Source of the DNA: Candidatus Nanoarchaeia archaeon
GTDB lineage: Archaea > Nanobdellota > Nanobdellia > Woesearchaeales > JANQNC01
Direction of reading: 5' to 3'
Assembly: GCA_028279745.1 (NCBI GenBank)
Contig: JANQNC010000001.1
Location: 594,154-658,153, forward strand
DNA length: 64,000 nucleotides
Within the stretch, counting starts at the first letter, position 1, and the number at the start of each line of letters is the position of its first letter. The notes under the pieces were generated by a model. The model did not search any database and was not told the DNA's origin. It was given only the letters and a program-made list of their open reading frames with translations. The position numbers and the translations under genes were made by a program. Below, piece after piece: positions 56,418 through 64,000 of this stretch.

Positions 56418-57363
56418 TCTTAACTTTCAGAGCAAATTCTTTTCTTTTTTCTAAGTTGTTATATGGGAAGTCCTTGCTGACTTCTACCATAACTGAAACA
56501 TCTGATTTACTGTTCTTTATGAAAGATTTTTCAGTGATAGTTATGTCCCCTTTGTCCAATTCATCCATTTCAGAAAATTCGTTGATCAAAAGACAGGCAA
56601 ACTTCTTGTTCTTTAACGAATCATCTTTGATCTGGATATTAACTTTGTCTTCTTCAGTCAGAACGAAAGAAACTGTAAACGCTTTGTCTTGAGTAATACT
56701 TAACCGCGTAGTTTCAGAAACTTCCACATTATCATTCCGAGTCATAAAAACAGGATCAGGGATAAGTTGTGATTTAACTGCATTAGCTAAAATCCAAGTC
56801 ACATTAGCTTCACGATTCTGCTCAATAACCATGCCTGGGAAACTACCTTGGTAAGAAGGATCTAAAACGACACCTTCCTTTTCTTTTCTGAAATTCTTAT
56901 TTAGTGCTTCTGCGCAACCTAGTCTGTCTGATACGAATTTTATCTCTCCACCACTTATTGAAAGTGTGTTTGATGATTTTTTGAAGCTGATATCTGAATT
57001 GTTTATGAGATTTAGATGAGTGTAAGCTACAGATTGTTCTAGATTAGAATCAGACACGTAGGGAAAACTTATTCCATTAACGGGTTCTTTAAAGAAAATA
57101 GTTGCTTTCCCACCTTCAAAGCTAGCGCTGAAATTATTTATCCTGCCAGTGTAAATATAATTTACATCACCTGGTGCACCATATATGGATGTGGTCATCA
57201 AACCTACTTCCTTAGCAAGATAAATCTTATCAAACAAAATATCATTCTTAATATCACTAAGTTTAACTGAAAAAGAGATAAAAACAGTAAGAACTAACGC
57301 AATTTCCATCAAAACCCACAACATACTATGGGTTTGTGCTCTTTTACCTAACCCCTTTTTCAT
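56392..57363 (-). CDS. type IV pilin-like protein (class III signal peptide)
   Basis: MKKGLGKRAQT/HSMLWVLMEIALVLTVFI. Confidence 0.5.
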   Translation of the reverse strand: MKKGLGKRAQTHSMLWVLMEIALVLTVFISFSVKLSDIKNDILFDKIYLAKEVGLMTTSIYGAPGDVNYIYTGRINNFSASFEGGKATIFFKEPVNGISFPYVSDSNLEQSVAYTHLNLINNSDISFKKSSNTLSISGGEIKFVSDRLGCAEALNKNFRKEKEGVVLDPSYQGSFPGMVIEQNREANVTWILANAVKSQLIPDPVFMTRNDNVEVSETTRLSITQDKAFTVSFVLTEEDKVNIQIKDDSLKNKKFACLLINEFSEMDELDKGDITITEKSFIKNSKSDVSVMVEVSKDFPYNNLEKRKEFALKVKNAVGEYYG

Positions 57364-57403
57364 ATATACAATATTATATTACCGTGTTTATAAATGTTAT
57401 TCC

Positions 57404-58003
57404 TTAAGAAGAGAAAGTCAGAGTTATAATCTCGTTAGATTCCTTCTTATTAATCATGAACTCTTGACTGCCGAAATCAGATGTAGGATAAAGAATAAAA
57501 TTCAAGTTTCCTGATGATTTGTAATCTTTAGCATTACTGAAGAATTTTGTCAAATCTTTATTTACAACAAATACAACCTTCTTATTGTAACCAACACAAT
57601 CAATAGGATCTTCAAACCTACGATCATTTTGCTTGAAGTAACACAGACAAGATTCCTGCAGACCACAAAGCAAAGGTTTAGGCAAGAAATCATCGACAGT
57701 TCTTGAAGAAGGACAGTCATTATCAAACTTATCATTACAATCATAAGAATAAGCAACAACTTTCACACTATTATCAAAACTGACAATTAGTGAGGAAGTG
57801 AGTTCTTCTTCTGACCTAATCAACTCATCAACATTTGTTGAGAGCCTATCAAAATTATTCTTAGAAAGCTCTGATACTTTACTTCCAAAAAAGAAATCAT
57901 AGATCCCTCCAAATAAAGGAGTGAAAATCCCTAAAAGAATAACTGCAAAAATAGCCAAACCTATAACCGTTTCAGTAGGAATCTTAATACCTTTCTTATT
58001 CAT
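57404..58003 (-). CDS. type IV pilin-like protein
   Basis: MNKKG/IKIPTETVIGLAIFAVILLGIF. The start was taken at the internal Met. The ORF track extends to 58075. Confidence 0.5.
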   Translation of the reverse strand: MNKKGIKIPTETVIGLAIFAVILLGIFTPLFGGIYDFFFGSKVSELSKNNFDRLSTNVDELIRSEEELTSSLIVSFDNSVKVVAYSYDCNDKFDNDCPSSRTVDDFLPKPLLCGLQESCLCYFKQNDRRFEDPIDCVGYNKKVVFVVNKDLTKFFSNAKDYKSSGNLNFILYPTSDFGSQEFMINKKESNEIITLTFSS

Positions 58004-58004
58004 T

Positions 58005-58214
58005 TTAACCAAAGTTCTGACATTCAGGCAAACCAGGATTATTAATACAAGTAGAAAGATTTGTAATAGTCTCATTTTTAGGAGTTAAACCCGCAATGTT
58101 TTGTAAAACGTTACCAATCTGTTCTCTAAAAACCCATGCCATCAACGCAAGAAACAATAAAGCTAGGATAAACATAACCATCCAAAACTGAAGTTCTGCT
58201 CTCTTATCCATCAT
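58005..58214 (-). CDS. mini pilin-like protein (69 aa)
   Basis: MMDKRAE/LQFWMVMFILALLFLAL. It has 2 C-terminal Cys. Confidence 0.45.
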   Translation of the reverse strand: MMDKRAELQFWMVMFILALLFLALMAWVFREQIGNVLQNIAGLTPKNETITNLSTCINNPGLPECQNFG

Positions 58215-58217
58215 ATA

Positions 58218-58505
58218 TCACCCAAATATAGGAATGCAACACTGTCCATCTTTGTCTTGATCTGTTGTTGTGCCAACATATTTACAACCAGGAGTCAGAA
58301 GAACTGTTTCGTTTGAAGCGCACCTCTTATCATCCTTATCATCCATACATGTACCTTTCTTAGCCTCACAACTGTTCAAGCCCTGTGAAAATCTTCCAGA
58401 CTGAGTTGAAAAAATCCAACCTATAACCACTAAAGCAATCAAAGCTAAGACTGCGATAACAATAACGTTAATGGGCATTCCCTGCCCATTCTTAGAAAAA
58501 AACAT
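58218..58505 (-). CDS. small Cys-rich pilin-like protein (95 aa), candidate major pilin
   Basis: MFFSKNGQG/MPINVIVIAVLALIALVVIG. It has 6 C-terminal Cys. It is a paralog of the next gene. Confidence 0.55.
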   Translation of the reverse strand: MFFSKNGQGMPINVIVIAVLALIALVVIGWIFSTQSGRFSQGLNSCEAKKGTCMDDKDDKRCASNETVLLTPGCKYVGTTTDQDKDGQCCIPIFG

Positions 58506-58509
58506 TTGT

Positions 58510-58800
58510 TTACTCTCCTATCTTAAGACAACAGTACTGCGGTTGATCATCCACATTTCTACAGTTAAGTCCTGTTGTGTCTCTTATGTATCCGTCAATC
58601 AAATCCCCATCTGCGCTTGTCTGACATCCAGAATCAGTCGTACAGATGTAGTTTCCCGGCTGGCTTTCACAATCACTAACTTGTGTGCTAAAGAAACCTA
58701 ACCTTGACATGAATATAACACCAACTACAACTAAAACAAGCATAACCAAAATAGCGATGATAATAACATTCATCGGCAAACCTTGAGCTTTTTTATCCAT
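58510..58800 (-). CDS. small Cys-rich pilin-like protein, candidate major pilin
   Basis: MDKKAQG/LPMNVIIIAILVMLVLVVVG. It has 6 C-terminal Cys. The start is placed at the ATG. The ORF track extends to a GTG at 58809. Confidence 0.55.
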   Translation of the reverse strand: MDKKAQGLPMNVIIIAILVMLVLVVVGVIFMSRLGFFSTQVSDCESQPGNYICTTDSGCQTSADGDLIDGYIRDTTGLNCRNVDDQPQYCCLKIGE

Positions 58801-58856
58801 GATAATCACCTCTCTAATAGTATATGAAAAATGGCAATGTTAGTTTATAAAGGTTT

Positions 58857-59579
58857 CTACTTATTCAGACTATCTATATACTTAACTCTAGAATCTACAT
58901 CAGAAGTTCTTGAAGAGATAAAAACTTCAGTGTAACCAGTTAGTTTAGTTTTTTGCACAAACAGCTCAAGTCTTGATCCAAATTCTGGTTTATTCGTTCC
59001 GCCAGTGCCGCCATTAAAGATCACAAGATAAGTTAAAGGATCTTGACCAACTCTCACGCCGTGATTAAAAGGGTCTTCAGGAGATGCTCTGAAATTAATA
59101 TCACCATCAAAAGTTATACATGAATCAACAATAAAATTGTCATTGTGGTCATCACCTTCAAAAGTGTCACCCCAACCATCATCCTCATAGTTACAAATAC
59201 ATGCTTTGTCTCCGCATTCAGCAGGTTTAGGAATCTTAAAATTCTTATCAGCATCAGTTGTGCCCCCACTAGGACAGAGATTAGGAGATGAGGCTAGACA
59301 TCTGGTGTCAAAACCAACCATGGCAGTCTCTTTATCAAGCCAGAACTCATCAATAGACCTGTAAGATTCATCTTTATCATCTGTCAAAAGAGAGTTAATC
59401 GTGGTTCTTAGGTTTATGATATCTGTGGTTTTCTTTGTTGCATTCTCATCATTAAAGAAGTTAAATTTCCCAGCTAACTCTCTTATCTTTCCAGGACCTA
59501 TCGCAATTGAAACTATCAAAAGAAAAATCATCAAACCTGCAAAAACCAGCTGCCAACTTAAAGCTCCTTTTTTCATCAT
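58857..59579 (-). CDS. type IV pilin-like protein (240 aa)
   Basis: MMKKGA/LSWQLVFAGLMIFLLIVSIAIG. Confidence 0.5.
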   Translation of the reverse strand: MMKKGALSWQLVFAGLMIFLLIVSIAIGPGKIRELAGKFNFFNDENATKKTTDIINLRTTINSLLTDDKDESYRSIDEFWLDKETAMVGFDTRCLASSPNLCPSGGTTDADKNFKIPKPAECGDKACICNYEDDGWGDTFEGDDHNDNFIVDSCITFDGDINFRASPEDPFNHGVRVGQDPLTYLVIFNGGTGGTNKPEFGSRLELFVQKTKLTGYTEVFISSRTSDVDSRVKYIDSLNK

Positions 59580-59734
59580 CCACCACCAAAAGTAAGAGTT
59601 TCGGCAATCTTTTCTATGCCTCTACCGATCTGATCACGGAAAAAGAACAAAACAATAAGCAAGACAACTAATAAGATAATTACATAAATCCACTTACCCA
59701 ATTTGTCCCACATATTCTGTGCTTTTTTATTCAT
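59576..59734 (-). CDS. micro pilin-like protein (52 aa), not in ORF track
   Basis: Manual translation gives MNKKAQN/MWDKLGKWIYVIILLVVLLIVLFFF... It overlaps the downstream gene by 4 nt (ATGA). Confidence 0.45.
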   Translation of the reverse strand: MNKKAQNMWDKLGKWIYVIILLVVLLIVLFFFRDQIGRGIEKIAETLTFGGG

Positions 59735-59772
59735 AATAACCCTCTTAGTCTTCTTATTATATAAAATTTGTC

Positions 59773-60555
59773 TTAATCAATTCTTCTTTGTTTTACTAAC
59801 TCTTCACAACCAATCTCAGACATGTGATCATAAGGACTTACAAACACCTTATACTCTGCTTCTGCAATCCCTGTAGCTTCAGCAAACTTTTTAGGAGCGT
59901 AACCCATCAAAACAACAGCGTAGTCATTATTCTCATGACCAGCATCTATCAAACCATCCATAGTGTAAAATACTTGTTCAGTGTAAACATTAGCAATCTT
60001 ACTGACATCAATTCTCTCAATAAACGGTTCATCTAAAGGAAACGCTTTGACGAATTTTCCACTATAACGTTTGTCTGTGTAATTCAAAAAAGCCTCTTTC
60101 TCCAAAACATAAGTTTCATCACCTGAGAGCTCAGTTATCTCATCAAAATTAACAATAAAACGAGAACAGACAAAACAATAAAAATCATTAGTCAAGATAT
60201 GGTTCTCAAAAGGATCTAGTTTTCCTTCACCGAACTGGACCCAGCATTCTCTCATCAAAGGAGTTATTTGGTTTAATAGCTCTTCGGTCTGTTTTTCAGC
60301 GTCCTTTTCTTTAACAGTAAGGTTTTCCCTCCAGTTAGTTTCACACATCAAAGGAACGTTAGTGCCGGAAACAAAATAAGAAAGCAAACTTCCCTGTTCT
60401 TTATCCATCGCTTGAATTGTCGCTAAACAAGAAGCTGCCTTCTGACCAGAAGGGTAAAGAACTTTTCCAGAAAGCTGAACGAAAAATATTACAAAAATTA
60501 GTACTGCAACTCCAAAAACCCACCATAAAACCTTATTTGCTTGTCCTTTTCTCAT
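59773..60555 (-). CDS. type IV pilin-like protein (260 aa)
   Basis: MRKGQA/NKVLWWVFGVAVLIFVIFFV. Confidence 0.5.
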   Translation of the reverse strand: MRKGQANKVLWWVFGVAVLIFVIFFVQLSGKVLYPSGQKAASCLATIQAMDKEQGSLLSYFVSGTNVPLMCETNWRENLTVKEKDAEKQTEELLNQITPLMRECWVQFGEGKLDPFENHILTNDFYCFVCSRFIVNFDEITELSGDETYVLEKEAFLNYTDKRYSGKFVKAFPLDEPFIERIDVSKIANVYTEQVFYTMDGLIDAGHENNDYAVVLMGYAPKKFAEATGIAEAEYKVFVSPYDHMSEIGCEELVKQRRID

Positions 60556-60558
60556 CTT

Positions 60559-61440
60559 CTAGTTATGCATGTAATAACAGACATTCCCCACATTAGTAAC
60601 CTCATCAGGCAAACCTTTAGTTCCTTGCACAGTTTCAGTTATATCAAAACTGCTAAGTATTAATCTATCAGTTCCAATCCAGATAGAAGAGACAAACTCT
60701 TCATCATTCAAATCTGTATCAACATTAATGACAAAACCAAAAAAGTCTTTTCCTATAATGAAAGCTTCATTAACAGTATTACCTAAAAGCCTGTATTCAT
60801 AAACTGTATTGTCTCTTGTGGTTAACACCAGAGGATTGTTGTCTCTTTTTGCCTGTAATAGTTTATCCCAATAACCTTTCTTATCCACTTTCCAAAGTAC
60901 TGAGTAGTTTTCAGAGGTGTCAACAACAGCGAGATCATTCAAATCCATAAACTGCTGAACTAAAACCCCAGATGCAGTGTGCTGAGTCATACGATCGAAA
61001 AAATAATCTGTCTTGGAACCAGGAACAAAATTATAGGTAGACCAATAAGGGATTTCCCTTATCTTTTCTTCCTTTTCAAAGTAAAGCTCAGAACACACCA
61101 AACAGTTAGACTTACCTCTATACCTATCTTGTATGTAAGGGTTTTGTTCACCAAAACCAACACCATTAGTGCAACTTACTAATCTTGTCAAAATCTTCTT
61201 CTTCAACTTATCAATATCATCAAAATCAGTCTCCTTGTAATTTGTGGGTTTTTCCCTAGGACAGTTTAGTTCTCCCTTCCCCTGTGAAGATAAAGCAATC
61301 TGCGCAGTACAAAGACTGGACGTTCTTGTCCTGTCAAAAAAGTTAACAATACCTATCGTGATTATAAGAAGAACTATCGCAATACTAACAAGCAAGATAA
61401 GATTCTTTATCGTGTTCATGCCCTGTGCTTTTTTGTTCAA
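60559..61440 (-). CDS. type IV pilin-like protein (293 aa), TTG start
   Basis: (M)NKKAQG/MNTIKNLILLVSIAIVLLIITIG. With the TTG start at 61440 the N-terminus matches the family pattern. An alternative ATG lies at 61419. Confidence 0.5.
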   Translation of the reverse strand: MNKKAQGMNTIKNLILLVSIAIVLLIITIGIVNFFDRTRTSSLCTAQIALSSQGKGELNCPREKPTNYKETDFDDIDKLKKKILTRLVSCTNGVGFGEQNPYIQDRYRGKSNCLVCSELYFEKEEKIREIPYWSTYNFVPGSKTDYFFDRMTQHTASGVLVQQFMDLNDLAVVDTSENYSVLWKVDKKGYWDKLLQAKRDNNPLVLTTRDNTVYEYRLLGNTVNEAFIIGKDFFGFVINVDTDLNDEEFVSSIWIGTDRLILSSFDITETVQGTKGLPDEVTNVGNVCYYMHN

Positions 61441-61559
61441 CTTAACCCTCCTGCTGTGAGAATCCTTCTCACCACTATAAATGCAATTATCATAAATATC
61501 AAAATAGAAACAATAATTATTATGGGATTAATTCCAACTTCTTCTCCTTTTTTATCCAT
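61437..61559 (-). CDS. micro pilin-like protein (40 aa), not in ORF track
   Basis: Manual translation gives MDKKGEEVG/INPIIIIVSILIFMIIAFIVVRRILTAGGLS. A GGAGGTG Shine-Dalgarno-like sequence lies 8-14 nt upstream. Confidence 0.45.
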   Translation of the reverse strand: MDKKGEEVGINPIIIIVSILIFMIIAFIVVRRILTAGGLS

Positions 61560-61560
61560 T

Positions 61561-62028
61561 TTATCTACACACCTCCAAATATAAAGTAAGCAATGAACCA
61601 TATGTGGTTCTTAAAGGTTGGTAAGCGTTTTCTCGTTCACCACGACAGCCACTATTAATACCAACAGGTAAACTTTCTCCATCCACGTCTGCCTCAAACA
61701 CAAAACTCCTGTCCTGCACAGTGAGTGTTTTATCTAAAATATAAGCAATCGTACGGTTGACATAAGAGCAACTGTGCTCGTTATCACAAACTATTGCACC
61801 CCTAGTAGCACAATCAAGCAACAAGTCCTGAATATTAAGGCCTCTGCAAGTAGTAGTTGTGTACTGCAATGAATTTAAGGTAGATGAAGCAACAACACTT
61901 GTCGTAACTCTTTGCTCAAGCTCTGACTGAGGTCTCAAAACAACAAAAGCAATGAAAAACAGCAGACCTACCGCTATCAAAATCACAACAACAACCATAC
62001 CCATAACTTCTGTCTGTGCTTTCTTCAT
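61561..62028 (-). CDS. type IV pilin-like protein (155 aa)
   Basis: MKKAQT/EVMGMVVVVILIAVGLLFFIAF. Confidence 0.5.
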   Translation of the reverse strand: MKKAQTEVMGMVVVVILIAVGLLFFIAFVVLRPQSELEQRVTTSVVASSTLNSLQYTTTTCRGLNIQDLLLDCATRGAIVCDNEHSCSYVNRTIAYILDKTLTVQDRSFVFEADVDGESLPVGINSGCRGERENAYQPLRTTYGSLLTLYLEVCR

Positions 62029-62029
62029 C

Positions 62030-62509
62030 TTAACCCGTCCTAATCGTAATCAAACCCATGTGATACTCATCCTCAATAGGATACCATAATGAAACTGGAA
62101 TAAACGAGGCAGTTCCTATCGTTGTTCTGTTGTATAAAATACGGGACCAATTTCCAGGATAAACCTCTTCAACAATCACAAGACTGTTTCCTAACTCATC
62201 ACTATAATAAATTCTGTTAGTGCCATTAGCCATAACTTCTGATAACGATTCCAGTTTCAGTACATCAATGCAAGTAAAAACATCATCTCCCCCACCACAC
62301 TGAAGCTCAGGTAAAAAGAGAAGCTTTTGCATGTTCTCAATAGCTTTCAAATCTCTATACTTTTTAATATCTTCTTTGGCACTTCCAACTTGAATGTTAG
62401 CATAAAAAACTAACCCGATCACTAGAATGAAAAAGAAGACTATTAAAACCATCATCGTCTCCATCATTTTCATCTGTGCTTTTCTCATTTTCAATAAACC
62501 AACGGACAA
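62030..62509 (-). CDS. type IV pilin-like protein (real start probably Met at 62488: MRKAQM...)
   Basis: MRKAQM/KMMETMMVLIVFFFILVIGLVFYA. Confidence 0.5.
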   Translation of the reverse strand: MSVGLLKMRKAQMKMMETMMVLIVFFFILVIGLVFYANIQVGSAKEDIKKYRDLKAIENMQKLLFLPELQCGGGDDVFTCIDVLKLESLSEVMANGTNRIYYSDELGNSLVIVEEVYPGNWSRILYNRTTIGTASFIPVSLWYPIEDEYHMGLITIRTG

Positions 62510-63546
62510 GACTGCCTTCTAATATAATTATCCTGATACGAGTCAAGACTTAAAGCATTAGTTGTTAACGTGTCCCTTACAGAAGGACTGTAACCTAAAC
62601 TTGCAGTCACAATCATCTCATCAATAATTGAGTCAGGCTGGAAATAATAATCACGGCAGTACTCAGGAGCAAGATTTGGGTTTTGTTGAAGCTTTAACAT
62701 CCTGTTCTTGTACACTTGAGCAACTATGCTGAATGTATTTAACGCTTTATTCATGTTGCAATCATAAGTATCTTTAGAATCTGCAAATATAGCAGCATAC
62801 ATGGTGGCTTCAGAATCAGAATCAGTGCCGAAGAAAGGGGATGTGCCTTCAGAAACTAAAGATTCCTGATCCATTACATAAAAATTAACATTGTAAGGTG
62901 GAGAAGATGTTATGCTTACTGCCCTGACATCAGGGTCAGCAAAATTATAAAAACGAGACAGATCAAGATTTTGGATATTGTTATCACAATCAAAACATAC
63001 AATCTTAATCTTATAACCACTACTTATGTCAATAGTATCAACACTGTTCTCATCAACCAAATCAACATTCAAAAACTTGTTAGCCATACGCTCATAAACA
63101 TCATTAGTCAAAAGCGAGTTGGTGTTAGTGTCAAGAATAACATATTTTGCATCAGGACTTGTGATAAACAAAAGATTTGTGACCTTAAATGGAATGCTCC
63201 AAGGCATGCTCCACAATAACATAGTCCTGCCTTTAACACGGTCAGGAGTAAAAATGGCCCGGTAGTTAATGCTTTCAGACACTCCCTTGAGCCTATAATC
63301 CTCACAGCTGAAAAAGATTTCTAAATCATGAAGGTTAAGCTCGGCAGCACTTCCCCCGCTAACTCTTGCAGAAGTAATCTTAGTCTCTAAATCTTTAATT
63401 AAGGAAGCGCTAAGCTTCTGTTCAGAAGCTTCCCTCTGCTGCAAAACAAAAACAACAAAGAAAGAAAGGATTATTGCTCCAGCTACTAAAACAAACATCC
63501 AGTTAAACTGTATCTCTATCGCACCCTTCTTCCTCATTCTTCCCAT
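62491..63546 (-). CDS. type IV pilin-like protein (351 aa)
   Basis: MGRMRKKGA/IEIQFNWMFVLVAGAIILSFFVVFV. Confidence 0.5.
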   Translation of the reverse strand: MGRMRKKGAIEIQFNWMFVLVAGAIILSFFVVFVLQQREASEQKLSASLIKDLETKITSARVSGGSAAELNLHDLEIFFSCEDYRLKGVSESINYRAIFTPDRVKGRTMLLWSMPWSIPFKVTNLLFITSPDAKYVILDTNTNSLLTNDVYERMANKFLNVDLVDENSVDTIDISSGYKIKIVCFDCDNNIQNLDLSRFYNFADPDVRAVSITSSPPYNVNFYVMDQESLVSEGTSPFFGTDSDSEATMYAAIFADSKDTYDCNMNKALNTFSIVAQVYKNRMLKLQQNPNLAPEYCRDYYFQPDSIIDEMIVTASLGYSPSVRDTLTTNALSLDSYQDNYIRRQSCPLVY

Positions 63547-64000
63547 TCTGTAACCTTAACTCCTCCTCTAACACCCTCAAACTGGAGCTCCACATAGCCA
63601 CTAATAACTTCAGAACAGAAATAGTAAGGATGTTCAAGCTTTACCTTGCCAACTGACTCAGCAGAAACAACACCATCACTGTCTATAAGAAACAGATTAG
63701 TGTTTGATTCTCTAAGCTCTGGAGATATATCGGGGCCAGAAGGCCTAATACTAATTTCATCAAGAATCAAAGGGTAATCTGAGGTAATTATTCCACCTGA
63801 ATCAGTATCTGCACTTACAAAAGTGTTATAGTTAACTTCATAATCAACTAAACATACCGCTGAGTAGTCTGAAGGAACCTTGTATTCTACCTGGTCAATA
63901 CTCCTAAATCTAGTTCCATCAACAGCATTCGACACACCATTAACAAATCTAGTGTACAAAATCTTATCTTGGTTCTCAAGCTGTTGACCAACAAACCTAA
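63534..64000 (-). CDS. 3' part of a further operon gene (open to window end; 5' end beyond 64000)
   Basis: The frame stays open through base 63998. The track's first residue is a TTG codon. The gene overlaps the downstream gene by 13 nt. Confidence 0.4.
   Translation of the reverse strand, partial: RFVGQQLENQDKILYTRFVNGVSNAVDGTRFRSIDQVEYKVPSDYSAVCLVDYEVNYNTFVSADTDSGGIITSDYPLILDEISIRPSGPDISPELRESNTNLFLIDSDGVVSAESVGKVKLEHPYYFCSEVISGYVELQFEGVRGGVKVTEWEE

Noticed and set aside
58005-58075. N-terminal 24-aa extension of the pilin gene 57404-58075 in the ORF track
   Set aside because: The extension overlaps the upstream 69-aa pilin gene in another frame. The internal Met at 58003 yields the family-typical MNKKG n-region and a 1-nt intergenic spacer.
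53407-64000. Possibility that the pilin/M23 block is bacterial (CPR) contamination
   Set aside because: Base composition, codon usage, overlapping-gene style and TATA-type promoters are continuous with the flanking archaeal housekeeping genes (RPA, RadA, uS2). The n-regions resemble archaeal class III signals rather than bacterial G-F-T-L-I-E motifs.

Overview
This AT-rich (about one-third GC) window is archaeal. The evidence is RadA and RadB, an RPA with OB folds and a zinc ribbon, an archaeal-type uS2, aMBF1, an AK6/Fap7 kinase, AglB/STT3, TATA boxes about 25-30 nt upstream of starts, and class III signal peptides. The gene content fits a small-genome DPANN-like archaeon. Coordinates 1-27.8 kb hold a partial NOP2/Sun RNA methyltransferase, a standalone 5S rRNA gene and a roughly 25 kb protein-glycosylation and surface-glycan island. 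The island contains a canonical AglB whose C-terminus carries a parvulin PPIase domain and two divergent AglB-like paralogs. It also holds four GT-C membrane glycosyltransferases, three GT4 and three GT2 enzymes, a Wzx-like flippase, two SAM methyltransferases, an ABC-2 exporter and a thioredoxin-like CxxC protein. Coordinates 27.9-29.7 kb hold RadB and an untracked 43-aa ribbon-helix-helix gene followed by a secreted protein. A 370-bp intergenic region carries at least seven copies of a 15-bp palindrome (ACYTAC-N3-GTARGT). It precedes an overlapping three-gene operon: a 72-aa HTH protein, a 798-aa protein with four dockerin-like modules and a CBM4_9-like domain, and a 3332-aa heavily sequon-laden surface protein. 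The giant protein has cadherin-like NDAP repeats, a 7-bladed propeller, a Cys-rich module, a C-terminal TM helix and a cytoplasmic tail of three UBA-like repeats. A SET-domain gene follows it. I consider this operon the strongest candidate for an undescribed host-attachment system. Coordinates 43-53 kb hold housekeeping genes (uS2, LigT, a TRAM protein, RadA, RPA), two paralogous Cys-rich proteins with PEF-CTERM-like tails, an operon of tiny membrane proteins and a LamG surface protein. Coordinates 53.4-64 kb hold a single minus-strand operon of at least 16 type IV pilin-like genes with class III signal peptides, including two untracked micro-ORFs, ending in an M23 peptidase that has a pilin-like N-terminus. 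No CRISPR array, tRNA or transposase was found.
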